From Okamejei kenojei (Eukaryota), in the NCBI GenBank assembly GCA_035221665.1, contig CM069138.1, positions 69,750,001 through 69,814,000 on the forward strand: a DNA stretch of 64,000 nucleotides. The letters run 5' to 3'. Made by a program: the position numbers and the translations under genes. Every line of letters starts with the position of its first letter. The first letter of the stretch is position 1. Of the stretch, positions 1-11,077 are shown one piece after another. Below the pieces are notes generated by a model. That model saw nothing but the letters and a program-made list of their open reading frames with translations, did not search any database and was not told the DNA's origin.

Positions 1-636
1 ATCCGTGGCGAAGGCTCAGGACGTGCCGCTAGATCAAATCCTCGCGGCCGCAGGATAGTCTAGAAAGTCAACTTTTTCTCGTTTTTATGACAAACTTGTT
101 CCGACAATGCCACGGTTTGGGCGTGCTGTTTTGGGTTCCATTTAATTCTGTTGCTTTGTTTATATCGATTATTGTTTGTAATTTCCCCTTGGGACAGAGG
201 GGTTATTACTGTTTTTTGTTATCATTCTTAAAATAGTTATTGAATAATTCATGCAATGTTCAATATATTATTTATTTACTACTGTGTCAACCGAATCAGA
301 TTGTCGTATGGAGTGCATCTCACGTAAAATAGTAAGATTAAATGAGAACTTACCAGTTCGAAGTTTGATCCTTATTTTATGAGGAGTGACGTTGAGGGAT
401 TACGTGAAGAAGCCCCGCCAGGCGCATGCGTGTCATACTTCAAAGCAGCGGCGTGAAAACACAGAAAACAAATAGCCGAAGTAACATAGTAAGCCTGTAA
501 GAAGACTAGAACTACCAGATGATCTCTTAGATTATGAGGGTGGGAGCGGAGGGCACGTAATCCCTCAACGTCACTCCTCATAAAATAAGGATCAAACTTC
601 AAACTGGTAAGTTCTCATTTAATCTTACTATTTTAC
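1..636 (+). mobile_element. DIRS1-like retrotransposon, 3' end (copy 1): tyrosine recombinase C-terminus plus terminal inverted arms; continues upstream of the window
   Basis: 2-145 translates SVAKAQDVPLDQILAAAG*SRKSTFSRFYDKLVPTMPRFGRAVLGSI*, homologous to 53255-53393. Terminal arms match those at 7741-8048, 53600-53915 and 62322-62626. Confidence 0.9.
324..636. repeat. 83-bp inverted repeat (324-406 / 554-636) enclosing a 147-bp loop
   Basis: gtaaaatagtaagattaaatgagaac...gagggattacgtg versus cacgtaatccctc...cttactattttac; one mismatch seen by eye. Confidence 0.95.
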
Positions 637-879
637 TGCACAGTTTATGTTGCAGTGAAATAGTTTTGGCTTCACAGTAACTTGAAATGCACAGTCCTAT
701 TGAAGCCAAACTGGTTTGAGTTTGGATCTTGAACACGAGGGTGGCTATGCCAAGTCAATCTCACCTTGTTTTGACTTTGCTAGCTGCACCATTTAGCAAA
801 TATTCAGTTCAATGTTTTCTGAGGCAATGAGCTGGATTATTTTAATTATTTTAATAAACCATGTGAGAAATGTTAACAT

Positions 880-1475
880 AATGCCTGCACTTTGGGGTTT
901 TAGCTACAGGGAGGGATTGGACAGACTTGTTGTTTTCTTTTGATTAAACCTGATTTAATCTATTTAATAGATTACCTGATACTTCTATTTAAAATTATAA
1001 GAGGCATTGTCAGGGTGGACAGCAGAGCCTTTTTCCAAGGTTGGAAATATCAAATACTAGAGGGCATAGCTTTAAGAGGAGAGGGGCAATGCTAAAAGGA
1101 CATGTGCAGGGCTTGTTATTTACACAGAGGGTGGTGAGTGGCTGGAACAGGCTGCCACTATGCCAAGGATGGTGGTGGAGGCAGATGCGATAGTGACCTT
1201 TAAGAGACTTTTGGACAGACGGACACAAAATGCCGGAGTAACTCAGCGGGACAGGCAGCATGTCTGGAGAGAAGGAATGGGTGATGTTTTGGGTCGAGAA
1301 CTTTCTTCAGACTTAATGGGTGACGTTTTGGGTCGAGACCCTTCTTCAGCGTAGACATGTGGATATGCAGGGAATGGAGGGATATGCATTATCTGCAAGT
1401 AGATAAGAGTTGGCATTATGTTCAGCACAGACATTGTGGACCAAGAGACCTGTTCTGTACTGTTCCATGTTCTAC
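880..1475 (+). mobile_element. CR1/HER1-type LINE 3' fragment, interrupted by a Penelope-derived repeat
   Basis: Typical CR1 C-terminal DNA (actagagggcatagctttaag; tttacacagagggtggtgagtggctggaac) and 3' UTR ending ctgttccatgttcta. Confidence 0.8.
1219..1351 (-). mobile_element. Penelope-derived short repeat with two tandem degenerate hammerhead-like cores
   Basis: Reverse strand reads ctgaagaagggtctcgacccaaaacgtcacccatt-aagt-ctgaagaaagttctcgacccaaaacatcacccattccttctctccaga...gagttactcc; same family as 48234-48332. Confidence 0.8.
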
Positions 1476-1920
1476 AATAAATATCACAGCCATTAGACTT
1501 TGGATGACAACACTGCTTGTCATCTTTTGTGAGTGATGTGATGAGCCTGTCAGCTTGCACTGTTCTGAGACGAGCACTACTGTCAAATATAATTAGTCAA
1601 ATACAATTATTATTTTTTCTCTTGAATGCCAGTGAAAACAATTCATATACCCTGAGCCTATCTAATAATATTTCAAAATTTTGGCAGAGTGCAGCAGAAT
1701 TGAAGTCATTTTGAAATGTGATATTTTCTGTCCAATAAGTAAATGGCCTCTCTGCAAACTATTCCAGATTTTTAGACCAACACAATGTAAAGATACTGTA
1801 AGAGTATTTCTACATCTTTTCTCTTTGCATACCTATCAATTGTAGAATTAAAGCTAAACGGGAATCTCTTATAGCACAGCATCCACAGAGAGAAATTGGG
1901 AAAAGCTCCCAATTGTATAG

Positions 1921-2022
1921 AAAGGAACTGCAAATGCTGGTATATGCCAAAGTTAAACACGAAATTCTGGAGTAACACTGCGGGTTAGGCAGCATCTCTG
2001 GAGAAATGGGATGGGTGACGCG
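1921..2022 (-). mobile_element. Penelope-derived short repeat, partial
   Basis: ggaactgcaaatgctgg...ctggagtaacactgcgggttaggcagcatctctggaga matches the family. Confidence 0.7.
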
Positions 2023-3174
2023 CCACTTAATTGGCTGACTGTTTTGGTAGTGGAGGCCAAACTGGGTAAGCAACGGAAGGGATTTATAAATGAGATTAAA
2101 CCTGAAATATCCTACACCTCATAGGCAGACAAACACCACATTATGCTGTACTCAATGTATAATCGTGTTCATCCAAGAAAAACAGTGATATTTTATCAGG
2201 ATCTGACAGCTGCAGTGACTCATGTAATCGTAAGTGATCAAGTCGCAGCATTGATTATGTCAAATGATTACACTCACTTGAGTTTGCAATTGTGGAAATG
2301 TTTCCGTATATATGTTCATAGGGTAGAGTAGCCTCAAAATTAACTTGGTGAATGGAGCATCAAAAATACTACAGGCTACTAAGAAGTGAGCATTTATTAA
2401 GCAGGAAAAGTGTAGGATATGTAAACCATGCACTTCCATTTCATAAAATGTCATTATTCCCAATTAGGTAGCTCACTATCGATCCCTGTAGATGTTTGCA
2501 TTGGTTGACTGCTGAACAATTACTGCGTTGCCTTGGAGAAGTACGGATAAATTAATATTATTGTGATTTATGTGCTGATTTTCCCTTTGTTAGGAGGTAC
2601 AATGTCGGAGCTGCTATATTTGCACCCTTTTGGATGTTCAGGTTGTCAGCTGCAGCCAAGGCAATAGTTGAAGTGTTACAATAAAATTTACTGATCATGG
2701 AACAAAATTCTATTCTATTTTCTCAGTCAATATTCTTAGTCAGCATGAAATACAATAACAATAACACCCCAATCTCTCACAAACATGTTCATGTAGTTTG
2801 TGAAAAGTGCAGTATTTAACATTCAATATTGAATATCCTGATAAAAATTAAACTCACAATTGTACTAAGATTACCAGATCAGTCTTTGGATGGATTTTTG
2901 TTTGCTGTGGAATCATAAATTGCAATGTTTTAGCTTGCAAGAGTAAAAAGTAAATTAAGAAAACTGGTTGTCACATGATTACAAAAACATGAAAGCTTTT
3001 GCTAACAACTTGAGCTTTGTTGATATTTGCTTCATGTCACACGTTGTTCTTCCTTCAAAGTGTCATTCATCAAGCATCTGATCCCCTGTCTCAAAACGCT
3101 CTTACAGTATATGTTATTTACTATCAGTGCATTATGTATGCATCAATTTCTGCTTGGACATTAAGCTTCTTGAT

Positions 3175-3405
3175 TGAATGGATTGAAAGGCACAGCATGG
3201 AAACAAGCCCTTCGGCCCATCCAAGTCCATGACAACCTTCGAGCACTCATTCACACTAGTTCTATGTTATCCTCCTTTCATATCAACTCCCTACACACCA
3301 GGGGAAATTAACCGAAGCCAATTAACCAGCAATGATGTAGGAAGAAACCAGAACACCCAGAGAAAACCCATGCATCAGGGAGAAGATGAAAATTCCACAC
3401 AGACA
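3175..3405 (-). mobile_element. HE1/V-SINE-type SINE, degenerate
   Basis: cagcatggaaacaagcccttcggccca tail and gccaattaacc / gaaaaccca core similar to the intact copies at 9782 and 34290. Confidence 0.7.
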
Positions 3406-3949
3406 GCTTTGATAAATTGAATTAAATAAATTCTTCAATAAATTGGTTTTGCTATAGAAAAGGCATCCATTACTTCAGAAAGGAAGATTGGATTGAACCT
3501 GAAATCCAACTTCAGATAGGTGACTGGAGGCAACAGACCAACTCAAACCCAGCATTCACTGGCCCAGTCGATGTGGTACGAAATGCAACTGCTTACATGT
3601 ATACATGAGAGTTCATAAAATTAGATTTTTGCCCAATGGTGATTTTCACAAAAAATTAATTCTGACTGTTAAACAGAGCACGCCTATACATGAGACAAAA
3701 GGAATCATTGCCAGACAGTTTTGGGTTAGCATTTCAGGATTTTGGGCGTTGATCCCAGATGGAGCATGGATAGCCTCCTCAGGCGTTCATTCCACAGAGG
3801 ATGCTCCATCATGATATGCTCCGTGAAATGGTGCCATATCAGAACAGGTCTCCTCGGGGGCCTGCGGCAGCCCCTATTTCAGGGCTACTTAAAAATCTCC
3901 CTCTCTGTGGAGGAGAGTGCCAGGGGTCAGAGTATGACTGACTCCGAAT

Positions 3950-4760
3950 TTGGAAGTATGTCCGTGGAACATACTGGAATACATGTGTGAGGGTCAAGAA
4001 TTGTCTGTTATGGCATCAAGGTTTGCAATACCCTCGCAAACAAAGGAGCTGCTGCAAGCAGAGTTGGCTACCAGCATCAGCTACGTTACAGCACTACAGG
4101 AACAGGTGATGGCTGCAAAATACCATACACCTGTAAATTGTGCATTCCTGAAAGTGCCGGCAGCGAACAGCGCTATCTGGGGAGACATTGGAGGGGGTGC
4201 AAAAACTCAGGAAGTGAAACTGCAACAAATTTGAAAAATTACTGGCCTCGGGCATCTAGGCATTTGCCAGATCTGTGGATGGCGGGCCCTTTTCGGACGT
4301 CCAACAGGATGCCCTGGCGTTGATGTGCAATGCACACTTCGAAATGAACTGCTTTCAGCAGAATGCCATCAGAACTGCCTTAAATACCCAATTTGCAGGC
4401 TTATGCAAGGCCAGCAATGTCCAGCCGCCGAATCTACTCTTCGGGAAAGACCTACCCAAACAGGTAAAAGACCTGGATGAGGAAGCAAAAGCTGTCGGAT
4501 TAATCAAGGTACCAACGACGAGCAAAGCTTCACCGTTTCGGCGACAACACCCCAACGCCTCCATTGGCAGTAAGCGGTTCACTGAAGCTGGTGGCAGCTC
4601 GAAAGCTGATTCTCTGGGCAGAGGTCTTTTAGGCCAAGGCCCAAGCCAGCCCTCAGGGAAAATGCGCAATCCACGCACCCCAGCAGTCCTACCCTCCAAA
4701 ATTTGTGAGGACGGAAATAGAACCCACATCAGGGGCCTTTGGGCTTACCATAAGACCACC
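3950..4760 (+). pseudogene. DIRS gag-like ORF1 remnant
   Basis: ORFs 3950-4234 and 4275-4835 (TPVNCAFLKVPAANSAIW; DALALMCNAHFEMN; LLFGKDLPKQVKDL) lie immediately upstream of RT. Confidence 0.65.
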
Positions 4761-5084
4761 GGTAACCATGGAGGTAGGTGGGTCTGGTTCTTTCCGAAAC
4801 ATGGGGTGTGTGGACTAGTTACAAGTTGGTGGTAGATTACACTTGGTTTTTGCATGAATGGCAATGGATAACATCAGATCCGTTCATAAAATAAAAGGAT
4901 AACATCAGATCAGTTTATACTGCACAATATGCAACAGTTCCAAGTTGAATTTTCCAAACAGAAAGGTCTATATATACAAGCAGATATCCAAACACGTAAA
5001 AGATCTGGATGAGGAAGCAAAAGCTGCTGGGTTAATTAAAGCACCCACGACGAGCAAAGCTTCACCGTTCCAGCGACGACACCC

Positions 5085-6600
5085 TGCGCCTCCAAAAAAG
5101 AAAGATGGAGGACGTCGGATCATCCTTGATTTAACGCAACTAACTCTTATGTGCAGTATAGACATTTCAAAATGGAAAACCTCGTTACTGCCAAACAACT
5201 GATTTCCAAAAGATGCTTTATGGCATGCATCGATCTCAACGATGCATACTATTCGGTGCCCATTCACAGGGATCACCAGAGATATTTGAAATTCAGCTGG
5301 ATGGGGCAACTGTGGCAGTTTAAAGCATTGCCTAATGGGTCAACCTCAGCCCAGGTTATTTACCAAATTATTAAAGCCGGTGCTTGGGCGACTTAGAGCT
5401 CAAAAACACATTGTTATGACATATGTGGATGATTTTCTCATCATAGGAAAATGCTGAAACTGGCTAAATTGGCCACAAAACTCATATTTGACAAGTTGGG
5501 GTTTCTCATCCATTCAGTTAAATCCAAGTTGATACCAACTAGAGTTATTAATTATTTGGGGTTTACCATTAACTCTATTAATATGTCTGTGCCTCTGCCC
5601 TGGGGCAAGAGATTAGAATCAATAGAAGCCTGTAACAACCTTGTTGTTATTAAACAGCTAACTATTCGACAGGTGACTAATGTAATTGGCAAATTAGTGG
5701 CTGTTTTTCCAGCTGCACAATTTGGTCCTTTGCATTATCAGAATTTACAACGTGCAAAGGAGCAAGCACTCAAATACCATTTAGGTCATTTTAACAGACC
5801 TATGCTATTACCAGCTGAAGCTGTATCAGAATTACAATGGTGGACGACCAATATTCGGCATTTCTCCAGTAATATTTGGTCAGTTACTCCAGTTATATTA
5901 CAAACTGATGCTAGTGCTCAAGGATGAGAGCTACTTATACCATCCCTAGTGGCGGTGGCAGATGGTTTGTGCATAAGTTATCAAATTCTTCAGTGACATG
6001 GCATCAACTACCTGGAGATGCTGGGGGCATTTTTATGGGATACAATCTTATTGTGGGAATATGCATACTTTGCATGATTTAACTACAGATTGACAACACT
6101 ACAGCGATGGCATATATTAATCACATGGGTGGAATCAAGTCAGTATCCTGAGATAATTTAGCTAGCCTTATTTGGCACTGGTGTATGGTGAAAAGCATTT
6201 GGATTTCAGCTACCTACTTGCCGGGTAGGTTTAACATGGTGGCGGACACCAGGCCACGCAAACCCAATGACGACACAGAATTGATGTTGGATCATAAAGT
6301 ATTTACCGACATTGTTGCTCGGTATGGAACACCGGAGGGGCAGTGATGATGGATGCATTCTCGCTACACTGGGGAGGAATGTGCTTTTTATGCCACCAAT
6401 TTGCCTCATCAGTCGGGTCTTGCAAAAAATTCCGCTTCAGACATTTTGATAGTGCCTGACTGGCCTACGTAGCCATGGTTCCTGCTGATGTTGTGAATGA
6501 TAATAGAACCTTATATGGTTATTTCTAAAACACAGAAATTTGCTGGTTCATCCCGTGACTCGGGAAGCCCACCCTATGCATATAGAATCAATTTATTGAT
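5085..6600 (+). pseudogene. DIRS reverse transcriptase / RNase H / Dam-like methyltransferase remnant (frameshifted)
   Basis: RT: KKDGGRRIILDL, IDLNDAYYSVPI, QFKALPNG, YVDD at ~5422. RNase H: LQTDAS, INYLEM, IDNTTAMAYINHMGG. MT-like: DAFSLHW and IVPDWPT*PWF. Confidence 0.9.
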
Positions 6601-7560
6601 TTGCAGACTCTAAAAACACCTGTCCTGAGGCTCGGATTGTCAGACCAAACCATGGACGTGATAACTTCAGCTTGCAGAGATAGCACCAAGAAGCAGTACA
6701 TTTCCTATATCATGAGATGGGAAGTGTTTTGTTTAAATTCTAATATGTATAATACGGTACAGATAACTGACGTTTTGGAGTTTCTTTCAAAATTATTCTT
6801 TGACAAAGATTAAGTTATAGTGCCATTGACTGTGCCAAAAATGCCTTGTCAGCATATTTGCTGCTGGGATTAGGACACCACTCTGTCCTCCCTCTGTTAT
6901 CCAGATTCATGGAGGGTATCTTTAATACAAACCCTCCCAGGCCCAGGTACACAGAAGTATGGGATGTTAACATTGTGTTAACACTACTTTGCCGGTGGGC
7001 TCCAGCTACATTCTTATCATTGGCCTGGCTCACATATAAGGTAGTTATGCTCATGGCGCTTGTTTCAGCGCAACGCATCCAGTCGTTGCATAAGCTACGG
7101 TTGGACAGAATGGTTATATCTAACTACAAAATAACGTTCTATGCAATGAGCTAATTAAACATAGCAGACCGGGGTTGTTAGGTCTAAAGCTGGAATTCTG
7201 GCATATCCTACGGACCATAGATTGTGTGTTGTCACACATATTCATCAATATTTTAAGGCTACAAGAACCTTAGAGGCACTGAGCTGGCAATGTTCATTAT
7301 CCACACAAAACCACACAAGAGTGTTTCAGTGCAGACCATGTCTAGATGGTTAAGACATGTATTAGCTTGTGTAGGAGTGAACTTTGATATTTAAATCTCA
7401 CTCCATCACGGCTGCAACAACATCAGCAGTGACGTTCATGGGGTTTCCGCTGGACCGCATCCTAGCGACAGCAGGATGGTCGAATGAGCAGGCTTTCCAA
7501 ACCTTTTATAATAAACCGATTGCCAGGCCGGGTTCGTTAGCCAACTCAATTTTAAATTGA
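6600..7560 (+). pseudogene. DIRS tyrosine recombinase remnant
   Basis: RFMEGIFNTNPPRPRYTEVWDV; LMALVSAQR; HSITAATTSA...LATAGWSNEQAFQTFYNKPI, containing the catalytic Tyr region. Confidence 0.9.
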
Positions 7561-8324
7561 ACTCTGATCGCTATTATTATTATCATTTGCATCAGCATTT
7601 TAAAATCTATGTCATGTCTGAATGCATTATCTTTTCAATCATTTCTGGTCAACTAATGCAGTGTGTGGCATGGACTCGTGTTCACGGCATGAAATCACAG
7701 AGCTTTGAAATCTTCACGTTGTCACTCACGTGACTCCGAAGTAAAATAGGAAGATTAAACGAGAACGTACCAGTTTGAAGTTTGATCTTTATTTTATGAG
7801 GTGTTACGATCAGGGATTACGTGCCCTCCGCTCCCAACCCTTCTCATAAAGTCAACTGGTAGTTCTAGTTTTCTCGAATCTTCCTATAATCAGTTCAACA
7901 ACTGTGTTTCTGTGATTTCACACCGCTGTTTTGAAGGTTGACGCGCATGTGGGCTGGTGGGCTTCTTTACGTAATCCCTCATCGTAACTTCTCGTAAAAT
8001 AAAGATCAAACTTCAAACTGGTAAGTTCTCATTTAATCTTCCTATTTTGTAGTACAAGGGTGTACATATGATGGAAATTTTACAAATAAGATTAAACAGG
8101 CTGATTGAGATCACAAATCATGTATATACAGGAAGCCTGTCCATATGTTTGCATATTTTGCATAGGAATGCTGCACTAAATCAGGGAGTCTCAGTCAAAA
8201 TGGGTGTTATAGCTCTGGCATCAATTAAGGTGAGGCAGTAATGATTCTCAAGGAAACAGACCTAACGGAGAGGGAAAGTGTTGTGCAAAGGGAAGTAGGA
8301 TCTCATAATGGCCCATTGTTTTGT

Positions 8325-8928
8325 TTAGGTTTGTTTAGAGATACAGCACGGAGACAATAGACAATAGGTGCAGGAGTAGGCCCTTCGGCCCTTCGAGCCA
8401 GCACCGCCATTCAATGTGATCTTGGCTGATCATCCCCAATCAGTACCCTGTTCCTGCCTTCTCCCCATATCCCCTGACTCCGCTATTTTTAAGAGCCCTA
8501 TCTAGCTCTCTCTTGAAAGCATCCAGAGAACCTGCCTCCACCGCCCTCTGAGGCAGAGAATTCCACAGACTCGCCACTCTCTGTGAGAAAAAGTGTTTCT
8601 TTCGTCTCTGTTCTAAATGGCGTACTCCTTATTCTTAAACTGTGGCCCCTGGTTCTGGACTCCCCCAACATCGGGAACCCTTCATGAAGGGAGGCCCTTC
8701 AATCCACTGAGTCCGAGTCGACCAGTGATGACCCTGTACACTGGCACTATCCTACACACTAGGGACTATTTTCCATTATTACAAAACCCAATTAACACCC
8801 AGAGAAAACCCACGTGGTCACGGGGAGGACATGCAATCTCCGTACAGACAGCACCCATAGTCAGGATCGAACCTGGGTATCTGGCGCTATAAGGCAGCAG
8901 ATCTATCACTGTGCTACCGTGCCACCCC
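8325..8928 (-). mobile_element. HE1/V-SINE split by a CR1 3' fragment (8353-8680, minus strand)
   Basis: SINE tail tttagagatacagcacgg at 8335 resumes as aggcccttc at ~8692; tRNA-like head (caggatcgaacctggg; gtgccacccc) ends at 8928. The insert carries a CR1 3' end (aataggtgcaggagtagg). Confidence 0.85.
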
Positions 8929-9781
8929 AGATTGCTTGAATATATTTGTTGACCGTCATATTCACAATTTCTCAATTTGGTCAAACTTGGTAAGAGCTGT
9001 CACTGGCATTAGAACAAAACATAATGCCGAGGGGTTCAGCCCTCTCAAATGCTGAAACTATTCATCCAGTTCAATGGACTCCTAAGAATGTAATCCAGTA
9101 ATAACCAAGATTGGGACCTCCTTAATGCATTGGAAATAATACAACATTCAAATTATGGCACTCACTTACCCTGTGACCATGACATTGATCACATTTTGAG
9201 AAACAATGTAGATTTGATTTCTTTACCAGGGTCCCTGACATTTTAACATTAAACACTCCATTTGTTATGCGTCAAACATTCCTATAACCAATGCCAAACA
9301 AACTTGGCATATGCCACACACTTAATACCCGGCCCAGGACTTTGCACTTTTTGAAACCAGACTGTTAATCCCTTAGAGTTTTTGCAAGGTTTGCAGAGGC
9401 AGATAAACAAGTCTTTGACCACAAAACCTTCAATTTATTGCAGTACATCTCAGTTCGATGATTTTAGTTGCCGTTTGATAGTTCTGTCAAAAGAGCTTTG
9501 TCACTGTAATGATTACAGGGAGGGAAGGCTGTAGCCAGCTGAATCCCTGAAAGTAAACAAGCACAAAAGTCACTCTACGAACTGAGGTGAAGTCCTGGCT
9601 ACAAAGAGGCTTCTGAGTTGATAGGGGGCATAACAGGCACAAAATTGTGCTGAGCAACATTAAGGCAAGAAAAGCTTCACATAATTAAATGCAAATGCCA
9701 TGTCTTTATTTCAAAGCATTTGAAAGAAAATTGTAATGGCCTTGTGAAATCATAAGTATTTCATACAAATACACAGAGGAT

Positions 9782-10050
9782 AGGGCAGCATTGTGGTGCA
9801 GCGGTGGAGTTGCTGACTTACAGCCCGAGATCCGGTTTCAATCGCGACTATGGGTGTCATCTGTGAGGAGTTTTACATTCTCCAAGTAACTGTGTAGGTT
9901 TTTCTGGGTGACCCCGTTTCCTTCCACATTGACTTCTGCAAAATTGTCCTTCGAGTGTAGGATAGAACTAGGGTAGGGTCATCGCTGATCGGCGAGGATT
10001 TGGTGGGTTGAAGGGCCTGTTTCCACACTGTATCTCTAAACTAAACTAAA
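9782..10050 (+). mobile_element. HE1/V-SINE-type tRNA-derived SINE
   Basis: A-box-like gtggtgcagcggtgg, B-box-like ggtttcaatc, central V-like core, tail gaagggcctgtttccacactgtatctct(aaact)n. Confidence 0.88.
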
Positions 10051-10854
10051 CAAATTGTGAGCAAATGCTATGTATGTTATCTTCTTAGTGTAATTTAACT
10101 CAAGATGCAGAGCTGTCACAGATGATGACGGGGCTCCCACAGCTACCGGATGCCAGAGTTCAATATCATCCAGCTACATGTGCCCCATTCACTCGGAGTA
10201 AGTGAAAAATGATCATCCGGATAATGATTTGCTTAAACATTCTTATCTTGACAGTTGTAATTCATGCGATTAATCTCCCACAGGGCATTCACCTGTCTTG
10301 CGAGATGTGAAGTTACATGATAACAACCTTCCCTCAGAGGAGGTCGGTCTCTATGAGGATTCACCAACGCAGATCTTATGTCAGCTCGGCACCAGCTCAG
10401 TTACTCACAAGCTCGTGGGGTGACAAAGAAAGACAGCTGGGTGCAGAGGCTGGAGACAGGGGTTGCAGTGGAGATTCTCCACCTGGGCACAACTACTACA
10501 CCTAGGAGACATTGTTATGTGACAGGTTAATGCAGGAGCAGCAATGAACAAATGAATACTTTAGGGTCACGTGTGACAAGTCACAGTGAAATTCGTTGCT
10601 TGAATACCCAAGGTACGTAAATAGTCATCCATAAAGGATGCTTACAAAGTTACCGAGCACATGCACGCCAAATCCCTCTTTGTTCTCCCCCCTCCGTCAC
10701 AATAGTTCCCCCACGCCGAATCCTCCATTGTCCATTGTTCTCCACCCCCGCCCCCCCCCCCCCACGGTGGTCCCCCCACACCGAGTCCTCCAATAAATAA
10801 CATGTGAGTACCCACTAGGCTTCCAAATTTCGTCCTTTAGCGTTACCCAATATT

Positions 10855-10932
10855 GAAGACCCGAAATGTCACCTATCCATGTTCTCCAGAGATGCTGCCT
10901 GACGGGTTGAGTTACTCCCGGATATTGTGTCC
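10855..10932 (+). mobile_element. Penelope-derived short repeat, partial hammerhead core
   Basis: gacccgaaatgtcacctatccatgttctccagagatgctgcctgacgggttgagttactcc. Confidence 0.75.
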
Positions 10933-11077
10933 AACTCTTATCTGTTTAGTTTAGTTTAGTATATTATTGTCACATATATTAAACTACGGTGAAAAGTTTT
11001 TATTTGCAAGCTATCCAGTCAAAAATAAAGACCATATATGAATATACTTAAGCTGTCCACATTGCACAGATAAAGCA

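Larger units (their letters stand above)
3740..8048 (+). mobile_element. DIRS1-like retrotransposon (copy 2), decayed; left terminus not found
   Basis: Gag-like, RT, RNase H, methyltransferase-like and YR remnants in DIRS order. ICR at ~7712-7823; right terminus at ~7969-8048. Confidence 0.93.

Noticed and set aside
9782-9850. tRNA-like sequence with A/B boxes (also at 34290 and 8870-8928)
   Set aside because: These are SINE heads continuing into the V-domain and LINE-derived tail, not tRNA genes.
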